Shown here: positions 33,141 to 46,279 of the stretch, one piece after another
How positions within the stretch are numbered: the stretch's first letter is position 1
How the letters are laid out: every line of letters starts with the position of its first letter
Assembly (NCBI RefSeq): GCF_001194135.2
Contig: NC_068987.1
Coordinates: 37,213,730-37,266,480, forward strand
Direction: 5' to 3'
Length of the DNA stretch: 52,751 nt
From: Octopus bimaculoides
Taxonomy: Eukaryota
Made by a program: the position numbers and the translations under genes
Notes under the pieces: generated by a model
Told to the model about the DNA's origin: nothing
The model's input: the letters and a program-made list of their open reading frames with translations, nothing else
The model's database searches: none

Positions 33141-36100
33141 AAATATTTTTTTGCTATTTCTTTCTTTACCCATAATTTTAGATAACATTTTGCAGAGATA
33201 CGTTTCCGAGAGAGTGTGGATTACATTAGATTGAAGATTCAAAGAAGTTTGAAATGAATAAGTGAAAATGCAGAGGCTATAGAAGTTAGTGGTAACGAAG
33301 TGTGGAGAGATAACCGATAAATTCATCTTTAAAAAAACACGTTAGAGTTTTCGCCTGTATGAGTGAAACGGAGTAAAAGTATATAGCGAAATATCTTTTT
33401 CCTACCTCTTAAAATCACTGGATATAATATATATAATAATCCCCAATAAATTGGCACCGAAATGGCGTGAGAGAAAGTGAATGAGTGTGTGACGAAGTTT
33501 ACCTAAACATTGAATGGATAACAATCTATCATAATTATATATATCATTATACATCATTATCACCATCATCGTTTAACGTCTGCTTTCCATTCTGGCATGG
33601 GTTGGATGGTTTGACTGAAGACTGGCAAGCCAGGAAAATCTATTCGGGATTATTATATATATTATATCCAGTGATTTTTAAGAGGTAGGAAAAAGATATT
33701 TTGTTAATATTATACTTTTACTCCGGATTCAAAAAAGGGTTTTGTAGCATATTAGGAGGTCACCGGAATTCATTCAACGNNNNNNNNNNNNNNNNNNNNN
33801 NNNNNNNNNNNNNNNNNNNNNNNNNNNNNNNNNNNNNNNNNNNNNNNNNNNNNNNNNNNNNNNNNNNNNNNNNNNNNNNNNNNNNNNNNNNNNNNNNNNN
33901 NNNNNNNNNNNNNNNNNNNNNNNNNNNNNNNNNNNNNNNNNNNNNNNNNNNNNNNNNNNNNNNNNNNNNNNNNNNNNNNNNNNNNNNNNNNNNNNNNNNN
34001 NNNNNNNNNNNNNNNNNNNNNNNNNNNNNNNNNNNNNNNNNNNNNNNNNNNNNNNNNNNNNNNNNNNNNNNNNNNNNNNNNNNNNNNNNNNNNNNNNNNN
34101 NNNNNNNNNNNNNNNNNNATGGACCTCGGAAGGACACTGGTCTATAAAAGAAGACGCTGTTGAGGTCACGGCGTAAACGTCTTTGATGGTAGTGTGCTCG
34201 ACCACTCCTAACCTGGAAATAGTTTACAATTCGCAAAAGCAATTCTTGGGATTATAGTGCTGTTGAGTGTTATCAATATCATCAGTGTTAGCGGGAAGTG
34301 AGAGCCTGACAAAGGTCACAGTCAGAGAATAAAGCAACGATTAATGACAATACGCCCCCAGAAGAAGGTTTCGGCTACTAATTGTATGAATGAGCTCAGT
34401 TTAACGAAGTTTTCTGCCTTATATAACATGTATATGTATGTATCTGAGTAAAAGTGAGAGAGAGTATAACGTTGATCAGAGCAGCTGAAAAGAAAAGCAA
34501 TGAATAAATATTAATAAAGAATACTTCTCGTAAACATCAATAACAAATATATCATGCATAATAATAGGATTCAATAAATATATATCTCACATACGCAGGT
34601 AATTAATTTCTAAGAGATAGAGGGATCGAGAGCATCCAGTTGCCTTCTATCACTACCACGTGTATCCTGGTCAAACTGTTGACATTTGCAATATCACGTC
34701 TGCTCACACGAGACTTGAAATGTATCTATTTTTTTTTCGCTCAGGATAGATATACTTTTGGCAAATATCATAAAATATCATCGGCTGATCTGGTCTAATA
34801 TCACTTTAAAAGAAAAATTAAGGTCTGCTCCCACTTTTATTAAATAATAATCTAAAATATTTAGAATTACATTAGTGAAGTAGGAGGGTTGACTCACGTC
34901 TGGACGAGACTTAAAACGTGATGAAGCTGCATTTCTATTTGGTTTGCCTTCGGGCGTAGTAAGTGTAGAATAAATTACTGACACACGATATATATATATA
35001 TACATACATACAGGCACCTACTTCCACGTATATATATATATGTATACGTACATACACACAATTTATATATATAGATACAGATACAGAGACACACATGAAC
35101 CCATATTGAGACAACTAGGACCAGGGTTCGCATCCGGGCTGAGAAGCAGAAACAAGACGTTACGTGAGGTCACAAGTGTTGATTTGATTATGAAAAACAA
35201 ACAATGTGGGTGAAGTTTGAAGAAGTTCTTTTGGCGAACGCACTATGGTATGTTTAATTTTATATCAGTTAGGGTGTACAGAGACTAGTGGCCTATGCAT
35301 TATGTACATGTAACTGTATATAGGCTATCAATACGTGGAAGTAGACACAGTACACGTAAGGACGTATATAGTCCAATCTACGTGGCTATATATGCGATAT
35401 ATGCGTACTTGTGGGTTTGTTTATTGTCTCTCTCTATCTCTCTCTCACTTTCTCTTTTTCTCTCGCTCGCTCTATCTATCGGTCTGTCTATATATAGATA
35501 TATGTAAATATATGCGTGCTTTTTGTCTATATAATCATGTATGTTAAATATATATATGTGAGTGTGTGTGTCTGTGCATGTATTTATATGTTTGCATGTA
35601 TATATGAATATATGCATGCATAGAAAGCATATATGTATACGTACACAGAAACACACACACATATATGTATGTATACACCACTGTCATTTTAACGTCTACA
35701 TTTTCCACATCTTTATGGGTCGGGTGGAATTTATTGAGGCAAATTTACAATGATCAGAAGACCTGTCTCACTTATTTGTAAACAGAGTATTATTTCCCCA
35801 CAGCCAAACATGTTTGCACAGAAAATTGGAGATAAATAACACTGCTTGCACGGTAGTGACAGTCATTTACAACTCAACTCTCATACGATGTCAAGACAAG
35901 GAACTAAACACACACACACACACACACATAATCACACGTATACGACGGGCTTCTTTCAATTTCTATCGTCCTAATCCACTCACAAAGCTTTGGTCGTTCT
36001 GGAACACTTCCCACAGGTGCCGTGCAGTGAGATTAAACTCAGCCTGCTCTTAATACACACACACACACATAAGCTGTGCGGTAAGAAGCATGTTTCCCAA

Positions 36101-36177
36101 CCACATGGTTTGGGGTTCAGTCCCACTATGTGACACCTTGGGCAAGTGTCTTTTGCTATAGCCTCAGGCTGACCAAA

Positions 36178-36214
<37 letters not shown>

Positions 36215-36217
<3 letters not shown>

Positions 36218-37431
36218 GGATTGAACAAAATAATGGAAACACCTTAAAATTTAAAACAAATTTATTTCAATATGGGTTAGTACCGCCTTTGGCAGTAATT
36301 ACAGGTTAAATTCTAATTGTATGGACTCGTACAGTTTGAATTGTTTCCAAAGGAATTTTTGTCCATTCTTCAGCTAAAACAGTCTCCAGGTAGTAGTGAT
36401 GATGGTGGAGGATATCGACTCCTTACTTGTTTTTCTAAAATGCACCATAAATGTTCAATAATGTTGAGATCTGGGGACTGCGGTGGCCAGATTATGCCAT
36501 TCAGTAACAAATTTAGCTGTGTGAATTGGTGCATTATCAACCTGAAAGATTGCGTTTCCCACCGGAAACAGTTCCGCAGTCAGGATGAATTTGATCAAAT
36601 AAAATGCTTAAATAGTCTTAACTATTCATTCTGCCATGAAACCATTGGGCCTGCGGATTTCCAAGATATAGCCCCCCAACAGATCATCACAGATCATCCA
36701 TGTTTAACAGTTGGAAGAAAGCAGTCTAGGTCAAATGATTCTTTTGGCTGTCTCCACACGTATACTCGGCCGGTGGTCGAAAACAAGGTAATGGATGACT
36801 CGTCCGAGAAAATAACCTTCTCCCACTGCTCTAGGGACTAATTCTGTAGGTTTTTACTCCACTCTAAACGCTTTGCAACGTTTGTTTTTGAAAGTAGTGA
36901 TTTTCTGATTGCAGCCTTCCCATGAAATCCGACTTTGTGCAGTTCCCGGCAAACAGTTTTTGTGGAAACTGGATTTTCAAGGTGGTCATTAAACTCTGCA
37001 GTAATTTTATGAGCTGTACTTTTGTGATACTTTCTACCAATTCGCGTAAGAGTTCGATGGTTCCTATCTGAAAGTTTCGGTTTACTTCCAGAGTTTTGTT
37101 TCGACATGGAAGTTTTTCCCTCTTTCTCAAAGGCTATCATTACTTTCGAGACTGTACTTCTTGATATACCAAGCATTTCGGTGGTTTTCGTTAGGCTAGC
37201 GCCTGCCATACGAGCACCTGCGGTTTGACCTCTTTGAAAATCCGATAGATCTGTCATTTTAATGAATTTTAATACCCCTTTCTTGATGATATTTGAAAAG
37301 AAACAGCAAGTTTAGCAAAACATATTAAGCAACACTGATAACAAATCAAAAGCCATAAAAATAAACAAGCTTCTGACGGTTTTATAGATATTTCAAAATT
37401 ATGATGCTGTTTCCATTATTTTGTCCATATG
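36215..37431 (-). mobile_element. Tc1-family DNA transposon, near full length and degenerate
   Basis: TIRs CAGGGATTGAACAAAATAATGGAAACACC / GTTTCCATTATTTTGTCCA with TA flanks. Transposase remnant MTDLSDFQRGQ...LGISRSTVSK...FSDES...WPPQSPDLNIIEHLW. Confidence 0.9.
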
Positions 37432-37472
37432 TACATATATATATATATATATATATGGGTGTGTGTGTGTGC

Positions 37473-37552
<80 letters not shown>

Positions 37553-37641
37553 ATCTATGTGTATATATATATGTGTATATATATATATGTGAATATATGT
37601 ATGTATATATGTATGTATATATGTATATATATATCTATATG

Positions 37642-37672
<31 letters not shown>

Positions 37673-37765
37673 GTATATATATATGTATATACATATATAT
37701 ATGTATATACATATATATATGTATATATATGTATATATATATTTGTATATATATGTATATTTATT
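37432..37765. repeat. Compound (TA)n/(TG)n microsatellite
   Basis: Seen directly in the sequence; it produces the YI/CV pseudo-ORFs. Confidence 0.95.
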
Positions 37766-37767
37766 TA

Positions 37768-38375
37768 TTTATTTATGGGTTTCAGCCAAGTGGCTGTGGT
37801 CATGCTCGAGCACCACCATGATTTTCTGTCTTTATGCTTTGCTCTCTTCACGTTCCTTGCATGGCTCTTCTCCTGCACCTGATATAGTCCAATCAAGAGT
37901 TTTGATGGCACATCTGGTGTATAAGAGAATTTGACATCGCTGCCCTAAACTGTGTCTCATTTCGAGCCATTGGTTCGTCTGGTATCGTGGAGAGGAAAGC
38001 GTCGAGTTTTGTCTTGAAGACCTCCACATCCGTGTCTTGTAGGTCTCTCAAATGTTTTGGCAGGGCATTGAAGAGCTGAGGTCCTCTGAAACCGAGGCTG
38101 CTGCAGTATCTTGTTCTTATGTGAGATGCAGTGGACGGCACCTTTGGCACCATGCAGTGGCGACCCGTGCGGGCATTCCTGTAGTACTTGATGCCAAAGT
38201 TCGGCACCAGTCCTTCCAGTATTTTCCATATGTATATTATTACATATCTCTCCTGCCTGTGTTCCAGGGAGTAGAGACCTAGTGCCTGCAGTCACTCCCT
38301 GTAGTTCATATGCTGGACTGTGGCAATCTTTTTTGTATAGTGCCTCTGAATTGCCTTGAGTTCTGCTGTCCGTTT
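37768..38375 (-). mobile_element. 3' end of a CR1/L2-group LINE
   Basis: LKAIQRHYTKKI...MNYRE*LQALGLYSLEHRQERY...SLGFRGPQLFNALPKHLRD...FKTKLDAFLSTIPDEP, then a short 3' UTR and a (TAAA)n tail. Confidence 0.8.
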
Positions 38376-38475
38376 NNNNNNNNNNNNNNNNNNNNNNNNN
38401 NNNNNNNNNNNNNNNNNNNNNNNNNNNNNNNNNNNNNNNNNNNNNNNNNNNNNNNNNNNNNNNNNNNNNNNNNNN

Positions 38476-38810
38476 GTCATAGAAGCAATGACCTTCTGGT
38501 TAGAAAAATACCAGAAGAGATCCCAGAATGCATCAACCACAGATTCGTAATTCCAGCACTGAAATTCATCCTGTAATGGGTTACCTAGAACTTAAAATAT
38601 ACCAATCATCACCACAAAAATATGACATCTCATTTCATTGCTATTTAAAGGAGAACTGGAAGAGATATTTAGATTACTGCTTTATACTTTGGAAAGATAG
38701 TATAGACAAACTCCTCAATTTCAAAATAATGCTCAACAATATCAATCGCAACATACAATTTACCATGGAACACAGCAAACAACAGTTTGACTTTGAAGTT
38801 CTTTAACAAT
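38476..38810 (+). mobile_element. Penelope-like RT fragment
   Basis: WKRYLDYCFILW...LLNFKIMLNNINRNIQFTMEHSK matches PLE RT domains 5-7. Confidence 0.7.
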
Positions 38811-39019
38811 TCAAAATAACGAATTTAATTCTTCTTAATTCTACCTCAGTTCATCTAATTGTATTTATTTATCGCTACTTTTTATAAAAAGAGTCTTTAT
38901 TTTTTGATATTCAATGTACATTTTCGCTGTTTTTCTTCTTACTTTCCACATATGTTTTCCTCGTGTAGTTTCTATTTTCTTTTTGAAACATATTTCTATT
39001 ATATATATGAATATATATA

Positions 39020-39545
39020 TATATGACACCGACAGGTAACCATTTATTTGGACTGTGGATTTGATGCCGCCAAAAATGGCCTTGATCCAACCGCGGAAGT
39101 CCACCAACCTCAAGGACTGCCGCCAGGTACTGGTGCTCGACCCTATCGAAAGCATTACTTTGGTTTCAATGGACCAATGCCCCACCTTTGCCAGATACCT
39201 TACTCACCCTGTCTAAAGTGTAGCGTAAGAGATGAAGATTGTCCTCGATTGACCTGTCTGGGATGACGCATGTCTGCGCCTTCCCTACAAGTTTCTCCAC
39301 GACACGCGTCAACCTTTTAACTAACACCTTGGCCAAATTCTTTAACTCTACATTAAGTAAAGTTATGGGTCTAAAGTTACTAATATGATCCTCCTTCCTC
39401 GGGTTTTTTCTGATCAGCGTCACCACTCCTCGACTCCTAGAGCTAGAAATCCTCCCATTCTGCTGCCAGTTCGTGTAGACGTAGGCCAGCAAGTGTCCGA
39501 ACAAGTCTGGCACATTACGATAAAATTCATAGGGTAGACCATCCN
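39020..39545 (-). mobile_element. Tx1/L1-like RT fragment, same family as 23.6-24.2 kb
   Basis: PDLFGHLLAYVYTNWQQNGRI...NFRPITLLNVELKNLAKVLVKRL...QTCVIPDRSIEDNLHLLRY. Confidence 0.85.
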
Positions 39546-39565
39546 NNNNNNNNNNNNNNNNNNNN

Positions 39566-40270
39566 CCTTCACAACATTCCGCCTCCCGCGGCGAGAGTTA
39601 CGGCCCCATCTGTGAGACCCACATATTTCTTTGACGAAACTGTCCTTAGCGGTCATAGAATATACGGTGGCTTCATAAATAATGGTCTCGGTCATATAGG
39701 TTCCATTTAGCGAGCACAAGTCTTTATCTCTGCAGGAACGGCCGGCTTCGTGTTCTTTTTTTGTGTTATGTGCAATGATATTTTAAAAATTTGTGGTTGA
39801 ACTAAAACTAATTTTTAGGTTATGCCTATTAAAGAGTTTCCTATATCTATGATTCATTGGAAAGTGCCTATCTATAAGTAAAAAGAAATATTTACCTATA
39901 TTAAAGGCCACTTCGGGGGGGGGAGTAAGGGGGTGTGAAGCAGATAATTTTCCTGTGTCTATGTTTTCTTTTCTTTCTTTCTGGACTAATAACAAGTGTA
40001 TACGCTATACCCTCTTTAAATCAACTATCTTTAAGAGCTTTGTTATATATTGGGGTAACATTATTAAATATGTTTATATCGGAGGAGAGGCCAGAAATTC
40101 TCCTATTAATATTCTTAACTAAATTCTTAAACACTATGGGGGTGGGGGTAGCAGGAACCTAGATTAATATAACTAAGTCTAACATTGGGCTTTCTTACAG
40201 GGTTTGTAAATATTCTCTTTTAAAACTAAAGATACATCAAAGAAATTGACAACTGTCAGGTTGATAACTA
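39566..40270 (-). mobile_element. Penelope-like element, RT end plus GIY-YIG region, degenerate
   Basis: VVNFFDVSL...YKP, INRRISGLSS, NIGKYFFLLIDRHFPMNHRYRKLFNRHNLKISFS and CRDKDLCSLNG...IIYEATV. Confidence 0.7.
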
Positions 40271-41089
40271 TTGTTATGCTAAGATCGAATGTTCTCATAA
40301 GATGGATAATATCCTTCCTTGACCGATCTTGCGCTGGTCCATATATTATATATTATATATATATTATATATTGTAAACATATAATAATATTGTAAACATA
40401 TAATAATATTGTAAACATATGATAATTCTAGTCTCCCCCTTGTAAACATAAGGATACAGGAAATGTTTCAAGGCCGACAGAAAGCGGTGCGCTTCCTAAG
40501 GCTAAATAGCAGTAGTATTATTCCCTTTCGTAGGACTGTTACATTAAGTTGACAGCATACAACTACTTTATCGTATCACTACTGTATAAATATCTCTGAG
40601 AGATTTAGAAATGTATTATTTCTATATATATATATATATAATATAGATGTATATATATAGATGTATTTATATATATATAAATATAGATGTATATATATAA
40701 ATATATATGTATATATATATATANNNNNNNNNNNNNNNNNNNNNNNNNNNNNNNNNNNNNNNNNNNNNNNNNNNNNNNNNNNNNNNNNNNNNNNNNNNNN
40801 NNNNNNNNNNNNNNNNNNNNNNNNNNNNNNNNNNNNNNNNNNNNNNNNNNNNNNNNNNNNNNNNNNNNNNNNNNNNNNNNNNNNNNNNNNNNNNNNNNNN
40901 NNNNNNNAGACATTTTGTTGGATGGCCGTTGACTGTTCAGGAGTTCATCCGCCCTTTGACAGGTCTTATTTTTCATCCGGCAGGGTGTCCAACAACAGCC
41001 TCATCACCAAGCAAGCCTGGTGGGGTATCCAGTTTAATCGCCGACGACCCGACCATGCGACAGGTTGTACTGAATTACATGTTATTAGT

Positions 41090-42830
41090 AGCGCGACCTG
41101 ACATTACCACACAGATCCTTTGGCCCCGATTTATACAAGGAGACTAAAATGGCATCAATCCAGTCTTAAGGCACTTTCTCAGTTCTCCAACAGTGACAAA
41201 TTAATATATTTAAGAGTTCAAACATTTTGTCACCCCCATATTTCAAGACTTCTGCACAAATTCCATCAGACCTCGGAGACCTATTGTTATTCAGCTCATT
41301 CACAACTAAATAAATGTCAATTAGAGTTGGTTCAAATGCCACCTCTTCTATAACTGGAAGGTGTTCAATTTTTTTCTATCGTCCTCATGTCAACAGATGA
41401 TGGTCTATACAAAAGTGTAGAAGAATGTTCTACCCAACGCTTATGAATAGAAGCGGTGTCAGTCAGAAGAAAACGTCCGTTTGCTGTTCTCACTGAAGCT
41501 ATTGCAGAAGATTTGGGGCCATATATCTCCTTAACATAAGAGTACAAACCCTTGGTATTATTTTTATTAGCTGCTTCTTTTGCCCCTTTTGCTCTATCAT
41601 TCCACCATTCCTGTTTAATTTTCCTTTTCAGCTTCTGTAAGTTTCGTTTGTGTTGGGGGTTCAAGGACTGAGAAAGAAGTGTATTGCCTAAGTTTTGTTT
41701 TTCTAAAAGTAGATCATGAATTTCTGCTGATCTATCTGAGAACCAGTCACTGGACTTACATGATTTAAATCCCACTGACGAACTTGCAGCTTGAAAGACT
41801 TCTGTTTTGAAATCTTCCCATAGATTGTTTGGGTCAAGATTAATACTTTCTATAGCATCGTGGAATCTTTGCAGGTTGCTTGATAATTTAAAGTTTGCAA
41901 CATTTAACCTTTTGGGTACCTTAGGACCAGACTGTCATTTTTAGGCATTATTGAAAAATTTATTTTTCCAGGCACTAGATGGTGGTCAGTCCAGCTCTCT
42001 GCCCCTCTCATGGCCCGAACGCTAGATATCACGTTTCATATCACGTTTTTTGATCAGAATATAATCTATGAGATGCCAGTGCTTAGATTTTGGGTGCATC
42101 CAGGTGATTTTATATTTATTTTTCTGCTTAAACAGAGTGTTGGTGACAACCAGATTATTCTCAGTACAAAACGTCAAAAGAGCTACTCCATTTTTATTGC
42201 ATTTTCCAATCCCATGTCGACCTAAAACAGAGCATGAAACATAGTTCTTTCCAGCTCTTGCATTAAATATGACCAGTTTGTCAGAAATTAGTACTTTCCT
42301 CAATAATTGTGCTAGATCATAAAATTGTCCTACAGTTTCATCAGAATGGGACACTGTTGATGCATAAATACTGACAACAGCAAGAAACCTACTTTTTGTC
42401 AGTTTAATACAGCATGACATGATCCGTTCAGATATACCACTTGGAAGCTCTGCAATGGAGAATACTAATTTAGTATTCTTGAGAGCAAACCCAACACCAG
42501 ATTCTCTACACTGACCCTTAGGTAGGCCTCTCCAAATGATAATATATCCATAAATAGGTTTATTTACTTGACCCTCACCAGAGAGACGTGTTTCAGAGAG
42601 TGCAACTATATCTAGGGAATATTTCTTAACCTCACATGCAATAAGTGCAGTACGCCTTTCTGGCCTCTTGTTGAAATTATCAAGAAGTGTACGCACATTC
42701 CAACATCCAAAATTCAAAGGATATTTATTTTTGACTTTTTCTTGAAGATTGTTTGACCACAGTGGCAGGATGACGACCGGGTCTAGCCTGTGATGCACTA
42801 GGACACCTACCGAGCCAGACCCGTTCCGCT
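41090..42830 (-). mobile_element. RTE-clade LINE, 5' portion (APE endonuclease and start of RT)
   Basis: GCWNVRTL...RPERRTALIA...DIVALSETRLSGEG...GVGFA...WMHPKSKHWHLIDY and WWNDRAK...IYGP...RWVEH...SPRSDGICAEVLK. Confidence 0.85.
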
Positions 42831-44544
42831 GACGTTCCCAAGCCTTTTTTTTTTTTTTACCGTTTACTGAGTCTGAGACATTTTAGAGTAAGTTACAAGT
42901 GCATTCTTAGGTTTCTGCCAACCAACCAATTCAATGATTTTACTAAGATTTGGAGTACAGGAAGTACCTGTGCAGATGAATAATTTTCAGTGGGTGTAGC
43001 TTGAAGATAAACATGACCTTAGTTGTTTCTGTCCCACTAGATCGATAAGAGGTAGACCCCTACTATAACTTTTAGGGTCAAGAAGACCCCTAAAGAGAGA
43101 TGGAACGAGTAGTCCAGAGCTATACGAACTCCCGATTGACTAACAATAAAGAAGTGATATTGAACCAGTGCGTGTGTTTAATATTGGCGTAATGACGCTC
43201 TCAAGACACATGATGTATGTATGTATGTATGTATGTATGTATGTATGTGTAATTAATTTTAATTGGCAGAAAGTTCCATAAGCGATTCAGAGACCAAGAA
43301 TTTCGTGTGTGGCACGAAACTGTAGTTCTTGAATCACTTTTGTACTTATCTTTTATATAACAGGCAGATGCTATGTTATTTTTATATAATGAATATTTTT
43401 AACGATTAGTTTGTTTTAGTCAATTTTATATTAAATTTATGTTTTTTTTAAGGTGAAAACATTGGTTTAAATATATTTTCTATATCTAAATTTAGTATTT
43501 AACTAGTGGGACCCGTGGAAATTCCACTGAATGAAAAAGATTAAAAGAAACTATTTAAGAAAGACAAGATGATTTACATTTCTATTTTCATTCTATTAAG
43601 TTATTTCACTTCCAATCACAATAATATATTATATGGTTATATGATATGTAACGATTTATGTTTAAGATTTGATGTCTGTATTTTTAGCAGTAAAGAAATG
43701 AATACATAATGGACGCATTGCACCAATGCTTCGGTTCCATTTCATATCTATCAATTCTCAGACATCGTTTATGTTTTTAAACCGAGCAGTACCACTGCGT
43801 ATAGCGGTACTGCTCAAGTGTCGAAACCATAACGATATCTATTCGGTAGCTGATGATGGCTGTATTCGATTGCTGCGCTTGTTGTCTGTGAACCTTTTGT
43901 ATCATGTATTTTCATGGCTCAAAGTCATCCTTCATTGAAATTTTAGTTATCGTAGGATTGAACTAATTCACAGGTTCTTGGTTTCTTGGTTTATGATGGT
44001 TTGTTGCATATATTATATCATACAGTGATGCGTGATTGTCCCTCATAAGAGTTATAATTCTAGCAAGGGTAATACTTGTTTAGAGCTTTTAGTATACAAA
44101 GGTTTTGTTGCATGTATGCGCGCGCGAGTGTGCGCACATATGTATTATACACAGCCACATAAGCTTATATTACGTCGCGATTGGCCCGGGACAGTCCTGG
44201 TTTGAAGGGTCTGTCTTAGTGTCCCGTCTGTTTAGAAAGTTTGTCCCGTCTGACACTCAAATGTTTCGGCTATGGATTAAAAATTTAAAGAATTCTAAGA
44301 AGGAGAAAGAAAGCTGAAACCAGCAAGGAGTTTTAACCCGGCTGTGGAGTTTTAACTCACTTCCAATACGAACATTACGACTAGCGCTGTGTCTTTACCA
44401 GAATCCTGCGTGTGTGTGATATATCTCTGTCGTAATGGTGTCTTAAGCCTCAAGTTACAAGGTATTAAAGTTTAAAGACATTTTACTTTGTCCTAGATTC
44501 CGGGATAAAAAAAAAATTACTTATCCTCGGGATATAGAATACTC

Positions 44545-44704
44545 GCAGGAGTGGCTGGAGTGGTAAGTAGCTTGCTTACCGATCACATGCTTCTGGCTCA
44601 GTCCCACTGCGTAACACGTTGGACAAGTGTCTTCTACTGTTAGCCTCGGGCCGACCAAAGCCTTGTGAGTGGATTTGGTAGACGGAAACTGAAAGAATCC
44701 CGTC

Positions 44705-44739
<35 letters not shown>

Positions 44740-44945
44740 GTATGTGTGTGTATATGTTTGTCCCCCCAACACCGCTTGGCAACTGATGCTGGTGTGTTTA
44801 CGTCCCCGTAACTTAGCGGTTCGGCAAAAGAGACGGATAGTCTTTATAAGCCTAGTACTTATTCTAAGTCCTGTGTTTGATTTGTTCGACTAAAAACATT
44901 GCTCCAGCATGGCTGCAGTGAAATGACTGAAGCAAGTAAAAGAAT
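44545..44945 (+). mobile_element. SINE family A, full length
   Basis: GCAGGAGTGGCTGGAGTGGTAAG head to GCATGGCTGCAGTGAAATGACTGAAGCAAGTAAAAG tail. Confidence 0.85.
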
Positions 44946-46017
44946 AGAAGAATATAACAAATGAAATATTATGATCTTCCTTTCTTATTTCTTATTAATA
45001 ATGAAGAGGTATCTAAACATTGTCTTGTTTTGTAACTGAAGGTCAAAATCTTATAGGAGAGAAAAGAATGCACATTGCGCGTAAGAACAATCAGGTTAAA
45101 ACCAAAGAATTGATGACAAACCTATACATTAAATATATATATATGCATAAAAACGTTCTACATACATACATACATACATACATACATGCATGCATGCATG
45201 CATACATACATACATACATGCATACATACATACATACATACATACATACATACGTACATACATACATATGCATATACACATTCATATACAGGTATTCACT
45301 TGTATATAATACATTAAACACACAACCACCTGTTGACGGCTGTGAAGGCAACGCCTCTTCAAATTTTCCCCCGGTTTGCTATTCAATTCACACGCAGCCC
45401 GTTTCATTCACGATTTTTAGCGATAACATTTCAGAACGGCATCACACCCGTTTAACTACCCGTTCATATTACATAAGCTTCTCCAAATGCACGAGTTTTT
45501 ATAACATAACCATTATTTGTTACATCCGTTCTTATAAAATAGTACCTAGGTGGATGTAGCCTTACCTACTTTATGAAATATCCTTACAAGGTGGAGTAGT
45601 GTCAAGTATCAGTGAATCGAGTCTTAACTGTTTCATAAAATCCCCTCACAGGGAGGAACTGCGTCAGGTGTATCACGACTGGGTGGGTTGGTGTTGATGA
45701 AATCGGCATTGTTTATTAGTTCTGCAACCGTACTTTCTAAACGGTGTATAATGAAATTATAGAGTTATGTCACCAGATTGGCCAAGGTCAGAATATTTTC
45801 TGTGAGAGTTCACATTTTCAGATCCAAATTATCCAGTTTACGGGATTTCGTGCTTACAAAAATTATACAGTATCGGGATACGGTCTGCAATTTCAACCTC
45901 ATGGTAACTAGGATAGTTATTAACAGTTTAAAAACTAAAATTTCTTCTTAGGCAAAAGACTGCTTCTCGATGTTCTCACTATGATCAAAGTATAGATAAC
46001 AATTTGAAAAATTATAA

Positions 46018-46019
<2 letters not shown>

Positions 46020-46110
<91 letters not shown>
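46020..46110. repeat. (CA)n microsatellite
   Basis: Seen directly. Other simple repeats: (TA)n 5340-5425, (TTA)n 21432-21480, (TATG)n 43215-43248 and 51010-51047, (TACA)n 45160-45270, (TATC)n 49170-49254, (GA)n 49349-49380, (TAAA)n 50630-50672. Confidence 0.95.
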
Positions 46111-46113
<3 letters not shown>

Positions 46114-46279
46114 GTATATGTACGTGTGAGTGTAGATTTTCACAATCGGGTCTGCTTTCTGTATAGTTGTTAACTACTATACTGAGTAACATTACTACTT
46201 ATGAGTTACAGTGTGAATGTAAATAATAGGATAAACACAATTCTATCAAAGTTCTTACGCGCGTTTCACCGTTATGGTT

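Noticed and set aside
33060-33326. Minus ORF MNLSVISPH...MLSKIMG as a mitochondrial presequence exon for the glutaredoxin
   Set aside because: Splicing from 33170 to acceptor 14517 reads into a TAA and is out of frame with the MGN start. The peptide is also not Arg-rich.
33350-33385. Hammerhead-like CTGTATGAGTGAAACGGAGTA, and a similar degraded motif at about 40455-40500 (-)
   Set aside because: The cores are non-canonical and there is no convincing stem I or stem II.
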